A stretch of 64,000 nucleotides of DNA from an uncultured Candidatus Rokubacteria bacterium (lineage in GTDB: Bacteria; Methylomirabilota; Methylomirabilia; Rokubacteriales; DASRDR01), in assembly GCA_963805625.1 (NCBI GenBank), contig CAWDVE010000013.1:544001-608000 (forward strand), given 5' to 3'. Each line of letters opens with the position of its first letter. Within the stretch, counting starts at the first letter, position 1. The notes under the pieces were generated by a model. It had not been told where the DNA came from, searched no databases, and worked only from the letters and a program-made list of their open reading frames with translations. Below, piece after piece: positions 9,994-19,613 of the stretch. A program made the position numbers and the translations under genes.

Positions 9994-10018
9994 CCGCCAA
10001 CAGACCGCCAACAGACCG
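9994..10018. repeat. 11-bp tandem duplication directly before an SD
   Basis: CCGCCAACAGA x2 followed by CCG AAGGAGG. Confidence 0.6.
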
Positions 10019-10031
10019 AAGGAGGCCCATC

Positions 10032-10208
10032 ATGGCGAAGGTGCTTCATTGCGGAGACTTGATGCCAGGCTGCAAGGCCGTGATCGAGGGACACGACGTC
10101 GCCGAGGTCATGAAGAAGGGGGCGGAGCACGCCAAGACCGCTCACGGCATGAGCACGATTCCTCCGGACATGGCGAAGAAGGTGGAGGCGGCGATCAAGA
10201 ACAAGTAG
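10032..10208 (+). CDS. DUF1059 small metal-binding protein
   Basis: MAKVLHCGDLMPGC...EVM...EHAKTAHGM; SD AAGGAGG. Confidence 0.85.
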   Translation: MAKVLHCGDLMPGCKAVIEGHDVAEVMKKGAEHAKTAHGMSTIPPDMAKKVEAAIKNK

Positions 10209-10358
10209 CTCGCCTTCCCGCTAGCTCCCCGTGGCGGGCGGATTCGCCGTGCGGCGGCCGCTCCGTCATGGGCGAGACGCCGGCGCCCAGGCCAGAGCCC
10301 CGTAGTTACCGCTCCGCTGGCTGACGCGCCGGCGATTCCCGCCCGTCCGGATCGCTCG

Positions 10359-11072
10359 CTATCCTCCGAGCTGCCAGCGCCGGATCGCCTCGATCGGACG
10401 CAGGAGCATGAGAATGTTGAGCGTGAGATTGTCCCGGATCCAGACGGCCAGGATTCCCTCGAGGAGCCCGATTCCCACGACGAGCAGCCACACGGGCAGC
10501 CTCGTCGCGAGCACGCAGCCGAGCGTCACCGCCAGGATATCACCCACGGAGTTCAGCACGCTGTCGCCGTAGTAGCCGAGCGAGGCGGTGGCGGCGCGAT
10601 AGCGCTGGATCACGGCGTCGGTGTTCTCGAAGACTTCCCAGGAGCACTCGAGCGCGAGCGCGACGACGACGCGCGTCCGGGCCGGGAGCCGCCGGCACAC
10701 GAGTCCCACCAAGCCGAGGAGCAGGACGCCGTGCGTGACGTGCGTGAGCGTGTACGGATCGGTCAGCTGCTGCGAGTTCTGGTCGCTCTGGACGTCGCCC
10801 GACCACAGCCGGACGGGCCCGTGCCGATACACGAGTGGCCGGCCCATGGCGAGCAGGAGCGTCGCGCTCAGCGCCACGATCAGGCTCACGATCGCCACGT
10901 CCGTCCACACTGGCGGGGCCGCCCCATCCACGCCCGGCCGAGACCAGGCGAACCGTCTGCCCGCGAGCAGCAGCGCCGTCAGGAGCAGAACCAGAAGCGG
11001 CGGAAGGACACCGTCCAGGATCACGCGCCCGGAGACTCGCCTTCCATCGGACACGCGGGATCGCGGGCCCAC
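10359..11072 (-). CDS. DUF2585 (UPF0314) membrane protein
   Basis: LWSG...NSQQLTDPYT.THV.HG, WEVFEN, YYGDSVLNSVGD, IRDNLTLNILML; start uncertain. Confidence 0.8.
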   Translation of the reverse strand: MGPRSRVSDGRRVSGRVILDGVLPPLLVLLLTALLLAGRRFAWSRPGVDGAAPPVWTDVAIVSLIVALSATLLLAMGRPLVYRHGPVRLWSGDVQSDQNSQQLTDPYTLTHVTHGVLLLGLVGLVCRRLPARTRVVVALALECSWEVFENTDAVIQRYRAATASLGYYGDSVLNSVGDILAVTLGCVLATRLPVWLLVVGIGLLEGILAVWIRDNLTLNILMLLRPIEAIRRWQLGG

Positions 11073-11090
11073 TCCTCGAGCGAGCCATCG

Positions 11091-11300
11091 TCAGCGGGAC
11101 TGAACTGACGGAAGGCATTGAGCCGGGCCTCGTGGGCGCGCCAGTCGAGCGCGCCCGCCAATACTCGCGAGTGCACAGGACCGAGGTCCGGCGTCGCAGC
11201 CGTCCGGGAACCTCGTCGGCCAGCGCGTCCGCGCGAGTCGCTCGGAGATCTTGCAGGACCCCGTCGGGGACGTGCCCGTGACGGCGCCAGCAGTGCCCAT
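11091..11300 (-). pseudogene. Epoxide hydrolase N-terminal (EHN) remnant
   Basis: HVPDGVLQDL / RLARTRWP / DEVPG / EYWR / DWRAHEARLNAFRQF are spread over three frames. Confidence 0.6.
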
Positions 11301-11444
11301 CGCGCGCGCCTAGTATGCCTTGACCCTCTCCCGGCCAGGAGGGCAGAACGCGGCCCACCGACCGAGCCAGCCGGCCCGGGGAGGACCACATCCATGGCGG
11401 AACATCACCGGATGTTCGTCGAGGCAGTCCCCGCTGGGACGGCG

Positions 11445-11774
11445 CTAGCGCCCCCGGCGAGCCGCCACCGCGAAGTCGAGGAAGTAGCGGTCGAGATCCT
11501 CCAGCGTGGCTCCGTACTCGCGCCCGCCGTCGGCGGCGTCGCACAGCACCTCTCGGGCCCGCGCGATCTCCTTGAGCCGGCCCCGCCAGCGCGGGTCGGC
11601 CAGCGTGAGATCCAGGAGCTCCAGCGCGCGCTCGAAGGCGGCGGTCCGCTGCGCCGCAGCGCGGCGACGCATCCGTCCTACCTCCGCCCCGACGTTGGCC
11701 AGCTGCTCGGCAAGGGACAGCTGCTGCCAGCGGCCGCCGGCGAGACCCGGGTGACGGGGAGGCGGCGTCGTCAT
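11445..11774 (-). CDS. Conserved hypothetical helical protein (partner of DUF5674)
   Basis: RWQQLSLAEQLANVGAEVGR...FERALELLDLT...EIARAREV...LDRYF; ATG overlaps the DUF5674 stop. Confidence 0.75.
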   Translation of the reverse strand: MTTPPPRHPGLAGGRWQQLSLAEQLANVGAEVGRMRRRAAAQRTAAFERALELLDLTLADPRWRGRLKEIARAREVLCDAADGGREYGATLEDLDRYFLDFAVAARRGR

Positions 11775-12124
11775 TCCCGGACCAGGCGATCCACGATCGC
11801 TAGGATCCGCTCTCGCCGCGCGGCGTCCTCCACCGAGCGAGAGCGATTCCCCTGCAAGGGTCTGACGTTGATCATCGAGTCGAACTCGACGCGCTCGGCC
11901 CCGGCGGTGTCGGGATACAGGTTGATGCCCCACAGATCCGCCTGACGGGAGCCCTGATCCAGGAGGGCTGCCTCCTCGTCGGCGTGTAGCTCGCCGCCGA
12001 TTGCCATGATGCCCTGCTCCACGTCCACCACTGCCTTCACCATCTCGCCGAACTGCTCCCGCGCAAGGCTCCGCACCTCGTCGAGCGTGAGGGGTTCGCG
12101 GACGATCTGGATCGGGATGGCCAC
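11771..12124 (-). CDS. DUF5674 family protein
   Basis: MVKAVVDV...IGGELHADEE..LL..GS.Q.DLWGINLYP...FDSMINVRP..GNRSR; GTG after AGGAG. Confidence 0.8.
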   Translation of the reverse strand: MAIPIQIVREPLTLDEVRSLAREQFGEMVKAVVDVEQGIMAIGGELHADEEAALLDQGSRQADLWGINLYPDTAGAERVEFDSMINVRPLQGNRSRSVEDAARRERILAIVDRLVRE

Positions 12125-12170
12125 AGGACTCCTGTCCGGCCGCCGCCTCGGCGGCGGATCGCGAGCGATG

Positions 12171-12848
12171 CTATCCCGCGCGGTCCTCCGCAGCAACCCC
12201 GGGCGACGCCGACCGGTCCCAGGCCACGAACCGCCGCATGCTCCCGCTCGCCCGCCGGGTGGCGGGCTCGATGGCGAAGCCGGCGGCCTCGATGGTCCGC
12301 TCGGTGTCCCGGTTCGGCCGGCAGCCGCCGGCCACCCGGGTCCACGCGGGCTGGATCAGGTCCTGCACCCGAGCGCGCCAGGGGCGGTCGGACCGCACGT
12401 GCTCCAGCATCCGGAGCGCGCCGCCCGGGCGGAGGACGCGCCGGACCTCGGCGAGGCCCGCCTCCGGGTCGTCGACGCTGCAGAAGACGAGGCCGCTCAC
12501 CACCGTGTCGAAGGCCTGGCTCCGGAACGGCAGGGCCTCGGCCCGGGCCTGGACGAGCCGCGCGACAGGGGCACGCCGACGGGCGCGGCGGAGCGGGTCG
12601 CGCGCGGGGTCGACGGCCACGGTGCCGACCGGAAGGAGCGGCAGGTTCCGGCCGGTGCCGCAGCCCAGGTCGAGGACGCGGCCGCGGGCGCCCTCACAGA
12701 GCCAGCATCGCCAGCGCTTGAGCCCCGTCCACTCGGCAAGCGCAAGGGTCGCGTCGTAGAGCCACGGGATCTGCTCGAACCCCCGCCCCGGTGGACGCGT
12801 TGAGCGCGCCGCCCCGCTGCCCGACGAAGCGGCGGGGCGGCGCGACAC
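12171..12848 (-). CDS. Class I SAM-dependent methyltransferase
   Basis: VLDLGCGTG, AEALPF, FDTVV, LVFCSV, EHVRS, GGCRPNR; start approximate. Confidence 0.82.
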   Translation of the reverse strand: MSRRPAASSGSGAARSTRPPGRGFEQIPWLYDATLALAEWTGLKRWRCWLCEGARGRVLDLGCGTGRNLPLLPVGTVAVDPARDPLRRARRRAPVARLVQARAEALPFRSQAFDTVVSGLVFCSVDDPEAGLAEVRRVLRPGGALRMLEHVRSDRPWRARVQDLIQPAWTRVAGGCRPNRDTERTIEAAGFAIEPATRRASGSMRRFVAWDRSASPGVAAEDRAG

Positions 12849-12853
12849 TGGAG

Positions 12854-13726
12854 TCAGTTCGGCCGGCGGTGCGACTGGACGTGGCGGTACATGCCGGCCA
12901 CGTTGAGCGGGAACGTCTCCTTGTAGCCTCCCCACCCCTCGTATTTCGGCATCGTCACGGCCTGGACCACCTCTTGCTCGCTCTTCCCTTCCCGCGCGAG
13001 CCGGAGCACCTCGTCGCGGAGCTCCTCCATGTACACGCGGAAGGCGCGCACGTCGTCCTTCGTACCGACCGGGCCGTGGCCAGGGACGAGCACGTCGAAA
13101 TCCATCGCCTCGACGCGCCGGAGCGACTCGATCCACTCCTCGATGTAGGCGTCCGGCCAGTCCCGGAACCCGATCGCCTTCACCGGGATGAAGTCGACGG
13201 CGAACAGGAGGCGCTCCCTCGGGAAGCGCATCACGACGGAGTTGTCCGAGTGGTTCCGGCCCACGTACAGGAGCTCGACCATCGTGCCCCCCAGCTCGAT
13301 CGTCATGCGGTCGGAGAACGTGGCCTGGGGCACGGCCGTCGGCCGCTTCTCGGCGACGATCGTCCGCCGGGCATTCTCGTGGGCGATGATCCGGGCGGTG
13401 TCCGCGAAGACCTCGCCGCCCGAAATGTGATCGGCGTGGTCGTGGCTGTAGACCACGACTCGGATCGGCTGGGAGAAGCTCTTGGCGATCTCGGCCTTGA
13501 GCCAGCGGGCGGCATCGGCGTTGATGGGGTCGGTCGCGATGACACCCTCGGGCGTCACGGCGAAGACCGAGTAGTGGAAGTTGTTTCGGAAGCGGTACAC
13601 CGGCCCCACGAGCGGGGTGATCTCCCGGACCGGAGCCGTGGCCTGAGCGGATACCAGCTGGGCCCGGAGGGGCAGGACTGCCAGGCCGAGGCCCCCGGCG
13701 AGGACAGCGCGGCGCGTGATCGTCAT
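12854..13726 (-). CDS. MBL-fold metallohydrolase with Tat-like signal
   Basis: MTITRRAVL twin-Arg signal, SHDHADH, HSD, PGHG. Confidence 0.85.
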   Translation of the reverse strand: MTITRRAVLAGGLGLAVLPLRAQLVSAQATAPVREITPLVGPVYRFRNNFHYSVFAVTPEGVIATDPINADAARWLKAEIAKSFSQPIRVVVYSHDHADHISGGEVFADTARIIAHENARRTIVAEKRPTAVPQATFSDRMTIELGGTMVELLYVGRNHSDNSVVMRFPRERLLFAVDFIPVKAIGFRDWPDAYIEEWIESLRRVEAMDFDVLVPGHGPVGTKDDVRAFRVYMEELRDEVLRLAREGKSEQEVVQAVTMPKYEGWGGYKETFPLNVAGMYRHVQSHRRPN

Positions 13727-13883
13727 GAACGCCTCCTCTTTGTATGCGAAGGGTTAGAGCCGCGGGTGCCCGACAGCCCCGGGCATCACCCGCCGGTCGA
13801 CACTCATTCAACTGGCCGGGGCCCCCGGAAGTTCAAGGCTCCGCCGTACCCGGGGGGCCGCCCCGCGCCCGGCCCGGCAGGCG

Positions 13884-14684
13884 TCAGTGCATCAGGAAGC
13901 CACCGTCGACGGTGACCGCTTGCCCCGTGATGTACCCGCCCGCCGCGGACGCCAGGAAGACGATGACGCGGGCGACGTCGTCGGGGTCGGCCAGCCGGCC
14001 GAGAGGCACGGTGGCAGCGCGCTGCTTCATGAACTCGCCGGCGGCGAGACCCTGCTGGCGAACGCCGATCAGGTCGTCGAGCCGCCAGTTGAAGTCGGTG
14101 TCGACGATCCCCGGGCAGACCGCGTTGACGCGGACGCCGTGGCGGGCGAGGGCGCGCGCCGCCTGCTGCGTGAGCGACAGGACCGCCGTCTTGCTGGCCG
14201 CGTACGGGGGCGAGAGGCTCGCCGAGCCGCGGCCGGCGATGGACGAGACGTTCACGATGGCGCCCGCGCCCTGGCGGATCATCACCGGCGCAGCCGCCTG
14301 CATGCAGAAGAAGAGGCCGCGCGCGTTGACGGCGAAGGTCTCGTCCCAGTCGCGCTCGCTCACCTGGCCGAACGGGGTCGGCCGGATCACCCCCGCGTTG
14401 TTCACGAGGACGTCGAGCCGCCCCAGGCCCTCGGTGACGCGCGCGACCAGGCGCTCGATCTCCGGCACCGCCGAGACATCGGCCGGAAGCGCGAGGGCCT
14501 TCCGTCCGAGCGCGCGCACCTCGCCGGCCACCCGCTCGGCGGCGTCGGCGCGGAGGTCGTTGACGGCGAGGTCGGCTCCCGCGCGAGCCAGGGCGAGCGC
14601 CGTCGCCCGGCCGATCCCCTGCCCCGCCCCCGTGACGAGGGCGACCTGGCCCGCGAGCGACTCGCCCGCCGCCCTCTCAGGCAC
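13884..14684 (-). CDS. SDR family oxidoreductase
   Basis: TGAGQGIG, NNAG, YAASK, NAVCPG, VDGG. Confidence 0.88.
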   Translation of the reverse strand: MPERAAGESLAGQVALVTGAGQGIGRATALALARAGADLAVNDLRADAAERVAGEVRALGRKALALPADVSAVPEIERLVARVTEGLGRLDVLVNNAGVIRPTPFGQVSERDWDETFAVNARGLFFCMQAAAPVMIRQGAGAIVNVSSIAGRGSASLSPPYAASKTAVLSLTQQAARALARHGVRVNAVCPGIVDTDFNWRLDDLIGVRQQGLAAGEFMKQRAATVPLGRLADPDDVARVIVFLASAAGGYITGQAVTVDGGFLMH

Positions 14685-15747
14685 GGATCTTCTCCCGGCG
14701 CGCGCGCACGGCCTTCGCGAGGTCGTCCAGCACCGGCAGCGTGTCGTCCCAGGCGAGGCAGGCGTCGGTGACGCTCTGGCCGTACACGAGGGGCTCGCCG
14801 GGGCGGACGTCCTGTCGCCCCCCCACCAGGTGACTCTCGATCATCACCCCGAAAACGTGGCGGAGACCGTCGGCGATCTGCCCGGCGAGGTCGCGCGCCA
14901 CGGCGGGCTGCCGCGTATGGTCCTTGCCGCTGTTCCCGTGCGAGCAGTCCACCATGATCCGGGGAGGCAGCCCGGCCCGGGTGAGCACCTTCGCCGTCTG
15001 CTCGACGTCCTCGGCGTGGTAGTTCGGGCGCCGGTGGCCTCCGCGAAGGATCACGTGGCAGGCATCGTTGCCGCGCGTGACCACGATGGCTGCCAGCCCC
15101 TGCTTCGTCACGGAGAGGAACTGGTGCGGGTGCATCGCCGCCCGGATCGCGTCGACCGCGATCTGGACGTTGCCGTCCGTGCCGTTCTTGAACCCCACCG
15201 GCATCGAGAGGCCCGACGCGAGCTCGCGGTGGACCTGGCTCTCGGTGGTACGGGCGCCGATGGCCCCCCACGACACCAGGTCGGCGATGAACTGCGGAGT
15301 GATGGTGTCCAGGAACTCGCATCCCGCGGGGAGACCCATGTTCGCGAGATCGAGGAGAAGGCCCCGCGCCAGGCCCAGCCCGTCGTTGATCGCGAAGCTC
15401 CCGTCGAGCCTGGGGTCGTTGATGAGCCCCTTCCACCCGACGGTCGTCCGCGGCTTCTCGAAGTAGACGCGCATGACGAGCAGGAGGTCGGCGGCGAGCC
15501 GATCGGCGGCGCCCCGGAGGCGCGCCGCGTATTCGCGCGCGGCCTCGACGTCGTGGATCGAGCAGGGCCCCACGACGACCAGGAGCCGGTCGTCCTCGTC
15601 ACGGAGGACGCGGTTGATCGCCTCGCGCCCCTCGGCGATCGTGTTGGACGCCTCCTCCGTGATCGCGAATTGCTCCATCAGGATGGCAGGCGGGATCAGC
15701 GGCCGGAGCCGCTCGATCCGGAGGTCGTCGGTCGGACGCAGCATCAC
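14677..15747 (-). CDS. aroG: 3-deoxy-7-phosphoheptulonate (DAHP) synthase, class I-alpha
   Basis: GPCSIHD, MRVYFEKPRTTVGWKGLINDP, AIGARTTESQVHRELASG, DCSHGNS; isoform (aroF/G/H) not resolvable. Confidence 0.93.
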   Translation of the reverse strand: MMLRPTDDLRIERLRPLIPPAILMEQFAITEEASNTIAEGREAINRVLRDEDDRLLVVVGPCSIHDVEAAREYAARLRGAADRLAADLLLVMRVYFEKPRTTVGWKGLINDPRLDGSFAINDGLGLARGLLLDLANMGLPAGCEFLDTITPQFIADLVSWGAIGARTTESQVHRELASGLSMPVGFKNGTDGNVQIAVDAIRAAMHPHQFLSVTKQGLAAIVVTRGNDACHVILRGGHRRPNYHAEDVEQTAKVLTRAGLPPRIMVDCSHGNSGKDHTRQPAVARDLAGQIADGLRHVFGVMIESHLVGGRQDVRPGEPLVYGQSVTDACLAWDDTLPVLDDLAKAVRARREKIRA

Positions 15748-16019
15748 AGCTCAATCTCCGCCTTGATCGGCAATGGTTTACGCCCCCAGGACTCCGTCGG
15801 CGCATGAGGTCCGCCGATGGCAATCGGCCCGACCGTGGGGTCGGGCCGTCGTCACGACTATAGGGGCAGCTCCGCCCTGCCGCAAGCTGCTTGGAACCTG
15901 GGAAGCGTGAGGAGTGCGGAGGAACGGAACGCCCCGAGGTCCGAGGCCGGTTGACGCGACGCGCGAACGCGTAGCACAGTGCGGAGTGAGGCCCGACTCA
16001 GGGTTCCCGTGCGTGCTCC

Positions 16020-16793
16020 ATGACGCAATCGACGCCACCTCATCCCGTCCTCGACCGGTACTACGGCAGTGCGGCGGATCGGCGATCGTTCGTCGCCGCG
16101 CTGTTCGACGGCGCCGCTCGCCACTACGACCGTGTCGGGCGAACTCTCGACCTGGGCTCGGGACCGTGGTATCGACGCCAGGCCCTCCGGCGGGCCGGTC
16201 TGCGGCCCGACATGAAGCTCCTGGACGTCGCGACCGGCACGGGTCTCCTGGCCCGCGGAGCCGCGCGCATCCTCGGCAACCCGGGTGGGGTGGTCGGCGT
16301 CGATCCGAGCGCCGGCATGCTGCGGGAGGCACGGAAGGCGCTCACCGGGCCCCTCGTGCGGGGGTGGGCCGAGGCGCTGCCGTTCAGGAGCGACCACTTC
16401 GACATGCTCAGCATGAGCTTCGCCCTGCGTCACGTGGCGGAGCTCGAGGTGGCCTTCGGAGAGTATCTACGTGTCCTGAAGCCGGGGGGTCGCCTCCTGC
16501 TCCTCGAGGTGTCTCGTCCCCGCTCAGCCGTGACCCGCTGGGTGATGAGGGTCCACCTGCAGCGGGTCCTGCCGTGGCTCATGCAGATCAGCACGGGCAG
16601 CGAGCCCGCTCAGCTGCTCATGAAGTACTACTGGGACACGATCGACCGGTGCGTCCCGCCGGAGACGATCGTGGACGTCCTGCGCCGGAGCGGCTTCGTC
16701 GGCGTCGAGCGTCGGGTGTTCTTCGGCTTCCTCAGCGAGTACGTGGCGTCCAAGCCGGGCGGCGGGCGACCCGTCCGCGCCGTCAGCGGATAG
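16020..16793 (+). CDS. UbiE/MenG-like SAM-dependent methyltransferase
   Basis: LFD..A.HYD, LLDVATGTG, AEALPF, RVLKPGG, YYWDTI; 3' end overlaps the halogenase by 11 nt. Confidence 0.82.
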   Translation: MTQSTPPHPVLDRYYGSAADRRSFVAALFDGAARHYDRVGRTLDLGSGPWYRRQALRRAGLRPDMKLLDVATGTGLLARGAARILGNPGGVVGVDPSAGMLREARKALTGPLVRGWAEALPFRSDHFDMLSMSFALRHVAELEVAFGEYLRVLKPGGRLLLLEVSRPRSAVTRWVMRVHLQRVLPWLMQISTGSEPAQLLMKYYWDTIDRCVPPETIVDVLRRSGFVGVERRVFFGFLSEYVASKPGGGRPVRAVSG

Positions 16794-18120
16794 CCAGCGT
16801 GGAGGGATCGATCCCCCCCAGCCCGTAGCGGCTCAGCAGCCGCAGCAGGCCCCGGCTGTACCGGGAGGTCGTGGCGGCCCCGCTCGCCTGCAAGCCGATG
16901 TGGCGCTCGATGTGATGCTGCGCCCTCTCCCGGACGAACCTCGATCCGTGCCCCATGAACGCTCGCCCGGACCGCATGAGGGCCGCGAGCCGCCCATCGT
17001 AGAGGTAGGCGACCAGGTCCTGCCAGGCGGCCAGCATCGCCGTCTGGACCTCTGCGTAGGAGGCAAGCGCCGAGTCGAGCTCGGCCGGTGACGGGGGCTT
17101 GCGCCGCCGAATCACTGGACCGAGACCTTCGGCCACGAGCTCGGCCGAGCGCAAGGCGAGGAAGACCCCGGGCGAGAGCATGGGATCCACGAAGCCGAAG
17201 GCGTCTCCGACCATCACCCAGCCCGGGCCGTGGCCACGCCGGGAGATCAGCTGATAGTTGGCGTAGGTGGCAACGCCCGTGACCCGTCGCCCCTCCCCGA
17301 CCACAGAGCGGAGCCAGGAATCCCGGTCGACGGCCTGATCGAGCCGCTCCTCCGGGGTGCGTCCGAGCTTCGCGGCGTCCTCCTGGCCCAGCACGATCCC
17401 CACCGACAGCCGATCCTCGAGCGGAATGCACCAGCTCCAGCCCGCCGGGCCGCGCGCGATGAGCACCTGCCCCGGCGCGTCGTCCCAGCGGAAGCTCTCG
17501 AAGTGGGCGAAGTGCGCCACGTCCTTTCGCGGCCCGAGCTGGGCACCGATTCCCAGCGCACGGGCCCCGTGACGGGCTCGGCCCGTCGCGTCGACGATCA
17601 GGTCTGGCTGACGGCCGCCCAGAACGGGCGCCGCCGCCAGGGTCTCGGGCGCCAGGGCCAGTTCCGCTCCGGTCCCGTCGGCGAGCTTGCGCTCGAGCCG
17701 GGCCCGGCCGACCACGTGGTGGACGCCGGCCGCGAGGGCCCGGTCGCGCAGGGCCTCGTCGAAGCGCGGGCGCGGGATGTTGTAGGCGTACGGGAACACG
17801 GACGGCGCGAAGCGGGCGAACGTGAAGCTGAATCGGTCCGTCGGCGACCAGATGAAGGAGACGCCCGGCTTCACGCGGCCGAAGGCCGCCATCTCTTCCT
17901 CGACGCCGAGACGCTGGAAGATCGGCACGACGGCCGGCACGAGCGATTCCCCGACCAGGAGCTCCGGGCGTCGGTCCTCGTCGAACAGGGTGACCTCGGC
18001 CCCCTCGCGGGCCAGCAGCATCGACAGGGCTGATCCCGACGGTCCGGCGCCGATCACCGCGACCCGGAGGCGACCAGGGCCGTCGGGTGACCTTCGATGC
18101 GTGTCGCCCAGCCCACGCAT
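16783..18120 (-). CDS. Flavin-dependent halogenase-like oxidoreductase
   Basis: GAGPSG (GxGxxG), VGESL, K in RVKPG, WSWCIP (WxWxIP), GDAFGFVDPMLSPG. Confidence 0.78.
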   Translation of the reverse strand: MRGLGDTHRRSPDGPGRLRVAVIGAGPSGSALSMLLAREGAEVTLFDEDRRPELLVGESLVPAVVPIFQRLGVEEEMAAFGRVKPGVSFIWSPTDRFSFTFARFAPSVFPYAYNIPRPRFDEALRDRALAAGVHHVVGRARLERKLADGTGAELALAPETLAAAPVLGGRQPDLIVDATGRARHGARALGIGAQLGPRKDVAHFAHFESFRWDDAPGQVLIARGPAGWSWCIPLEDRLSVGIVLGQEDAAKLGRTPEERLDQAVDRDSWLRSVVGEGRRVTGVATYANYQLISRRGHGPGWVMVGDAFGFVDPMLSPGVFLALRSAELVAEGLGPVIRRRKPPSPAELDSALASYAEVQTAMLAAWQDLVAYLYDGRLAALMRSGRAFMGHGSRFVRERAQHHIERHIGLQASGAATTSRYSRGLLRLLSRYGLGGIDPSTLAIR

Positions 18121-18124
18121 GGGG

Positions 18125-19606
18125 TTACGACCGCTCCGCGGGAACGCGCGCCTCGGTCGGAGGCGGGCGCCTGAGGATCTTCCCGCCGGGCGTCTTCGGG
18201 ATGGCCGCCACGACCGTGAACTCGACGGGCACCTTGTGCGAGGAGAGCGCGCGAGCGCAGTGTGCCCTGAGAGCGTCCAGGTCGCAGGCGGCGAAGCCCA
18301 GCACGATCTCGGCCCGAGGGACTTCACCCAGGCGCGCGTGCGGGTGGCCGAACACCCGGGATTCCCTGACGCCCGGGAACGCGTTGATGCAGGCCTCGAC
18401 CTCCTCCGGAAAGAACTTCAGTCCGCCGACGAAGATGACGGCCTTCTTGCGCCCCTCCAGATAGAGTGCCCCGGACCCATCCACCCGGCCGACGTCGCCC
18501 GTGAGGAACCAGCCGTCCCGCGTGACCTGCTCGCGAAGCTGCCACGGGGCGTAGTACGCGGAGAAGAGCCCACCGCCCCGGAGCGCGATCTCCCCGACAG
18601 CGCCGGCGGCCAGCGTCGCCCCACTCTCGCCGAGTACGACGACCTCGTAGCCCGGGACCGCACGACCCACCGAGGTGGCGGGCAGCCCGTCGCCGGGGAC
18701 GTTGATGCAGGGCAGGCCCGCCTCGATGATCCCGTAAGCCTGAGCGACCGGGACGCCGTGGACGGACTCGAAGCGGTCCATCACCGCCGGCGTGATCGGG
18801 GCGCTGGTCGACAGGGCCAGCCGCAGGCTCGTCAGGGCTTCGCTCGCCGGCAGGTTGGCCAGGCGCTCGAAGTGAAGCGGCGAGGCGTAGAAGACGGTGG
18901 CCCGGAGTCCCCGGATCGCGTCGATCACGGTTCCGGGCAAGGTGTCCGGACACAGGAAGACGTGAGTCCCGGCCCGGACGTAGGCCACGATGGTCACCGC
19001 GAAATGGTAGGCCAGCGGCAGCACCCAGAGAACACGATCGTTCTCGGTGAAGCGAAGCACGCGGTCGGCCGCCTCGACCCGGGCAAGGGTGGCCTCGTGG
19101 GAGAGCACGACGCCTTTGGAGCGGGCCGTGGTCCCGGAGGTGAAGCGGATGAAGGCGGGGTTCACGCTCGAGAGCCCCACCGGCCCCTCGGCCTCGCGAT
19201 CGAGCCACTGGAACGTGAATCCCTGGCACGGCCCGCCGGCGAGGAGCGCGCGCTCGTCGGAGCTCGGCAGCGAGTCCGCCCTGGGCCAGGCGAGACAGCC
19301 GTTCACGTCGACCTGGCTCAGGAGCTCGGCCGTCTCGGTCGGCGTGAGGTGCTCGGCCACGGGCACCAGCGAAGCGCCGGTACCCAGGACACCGAAGGCC
19401 GCGGCCAGATACGCGAGGCCGTTCGGTGCGAGGAGCCCGATCCGCTGTCCCGGCTCGACGCCCCGGGCGCGGAGAAACACGGCGACCCGCTCCCCCTCGC
19501 GGGCCAACTCGCCGTACGTCAGCATCCGGGCGGACCGGACATCGGTCACGGCCGGACGGTGTGGATGCCGCGCGGACGTGGCTCCGAGGAGCTCGTTGAG
19601 ATTCAT
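18125..19606 (-). CDS. Adenylate-forming enzyme (AMP-binding, acyl/aryl-ACP or CoA ligase)
   Basis: FTSGTTARSKG, YGIIEAG, FLTGDVG, GRKK...GG..FFPEEVE, PKTPGGK. Confidence 0.88.
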   Translation of the reverse strand: MNLNELLGATSARHPHRPAVTDVRSARMLTYGELAREGERVAVFLRARGVEPGQRIGLLAPNGLAYLAAAFGVLGTGASLVPVAEHLTPTETAELLSQVDVNGCLAWPRADSLPSSDERALLAGGPCQGFTFQWLDREAEGPVGLSSVNPAFIRFTSGTTARSKGVVLSHEATLARVEAADRVLRFTENDRVLWVLPLAYHFAVTIVAYVRAGTHVFLCPDTLPGTVIDAIRGLRATVFYASPLHFERLANLPASEALTSLRLALSTSAPITPAVMDRFESVHGVPVAQAYGIIEAGLPCINVPGDGLPATSVGRAVPGYEVVVLGESGATLAAGAVGEIALRGGGLFSAYYAPWQLREQVTRDGWFLTGDVGRVDGSGALYLEGRKKAVIFVGGLKFFPEEVEACINAFPGVRESRVFGHPHARLGEVPRAEIVLGFAACDLDALRAHCARALSSHKVPVEFTVVAAIPKTPGGKILRRPPPTEARVPAERS

Positions 19607-19613
19607 CGAGCGC

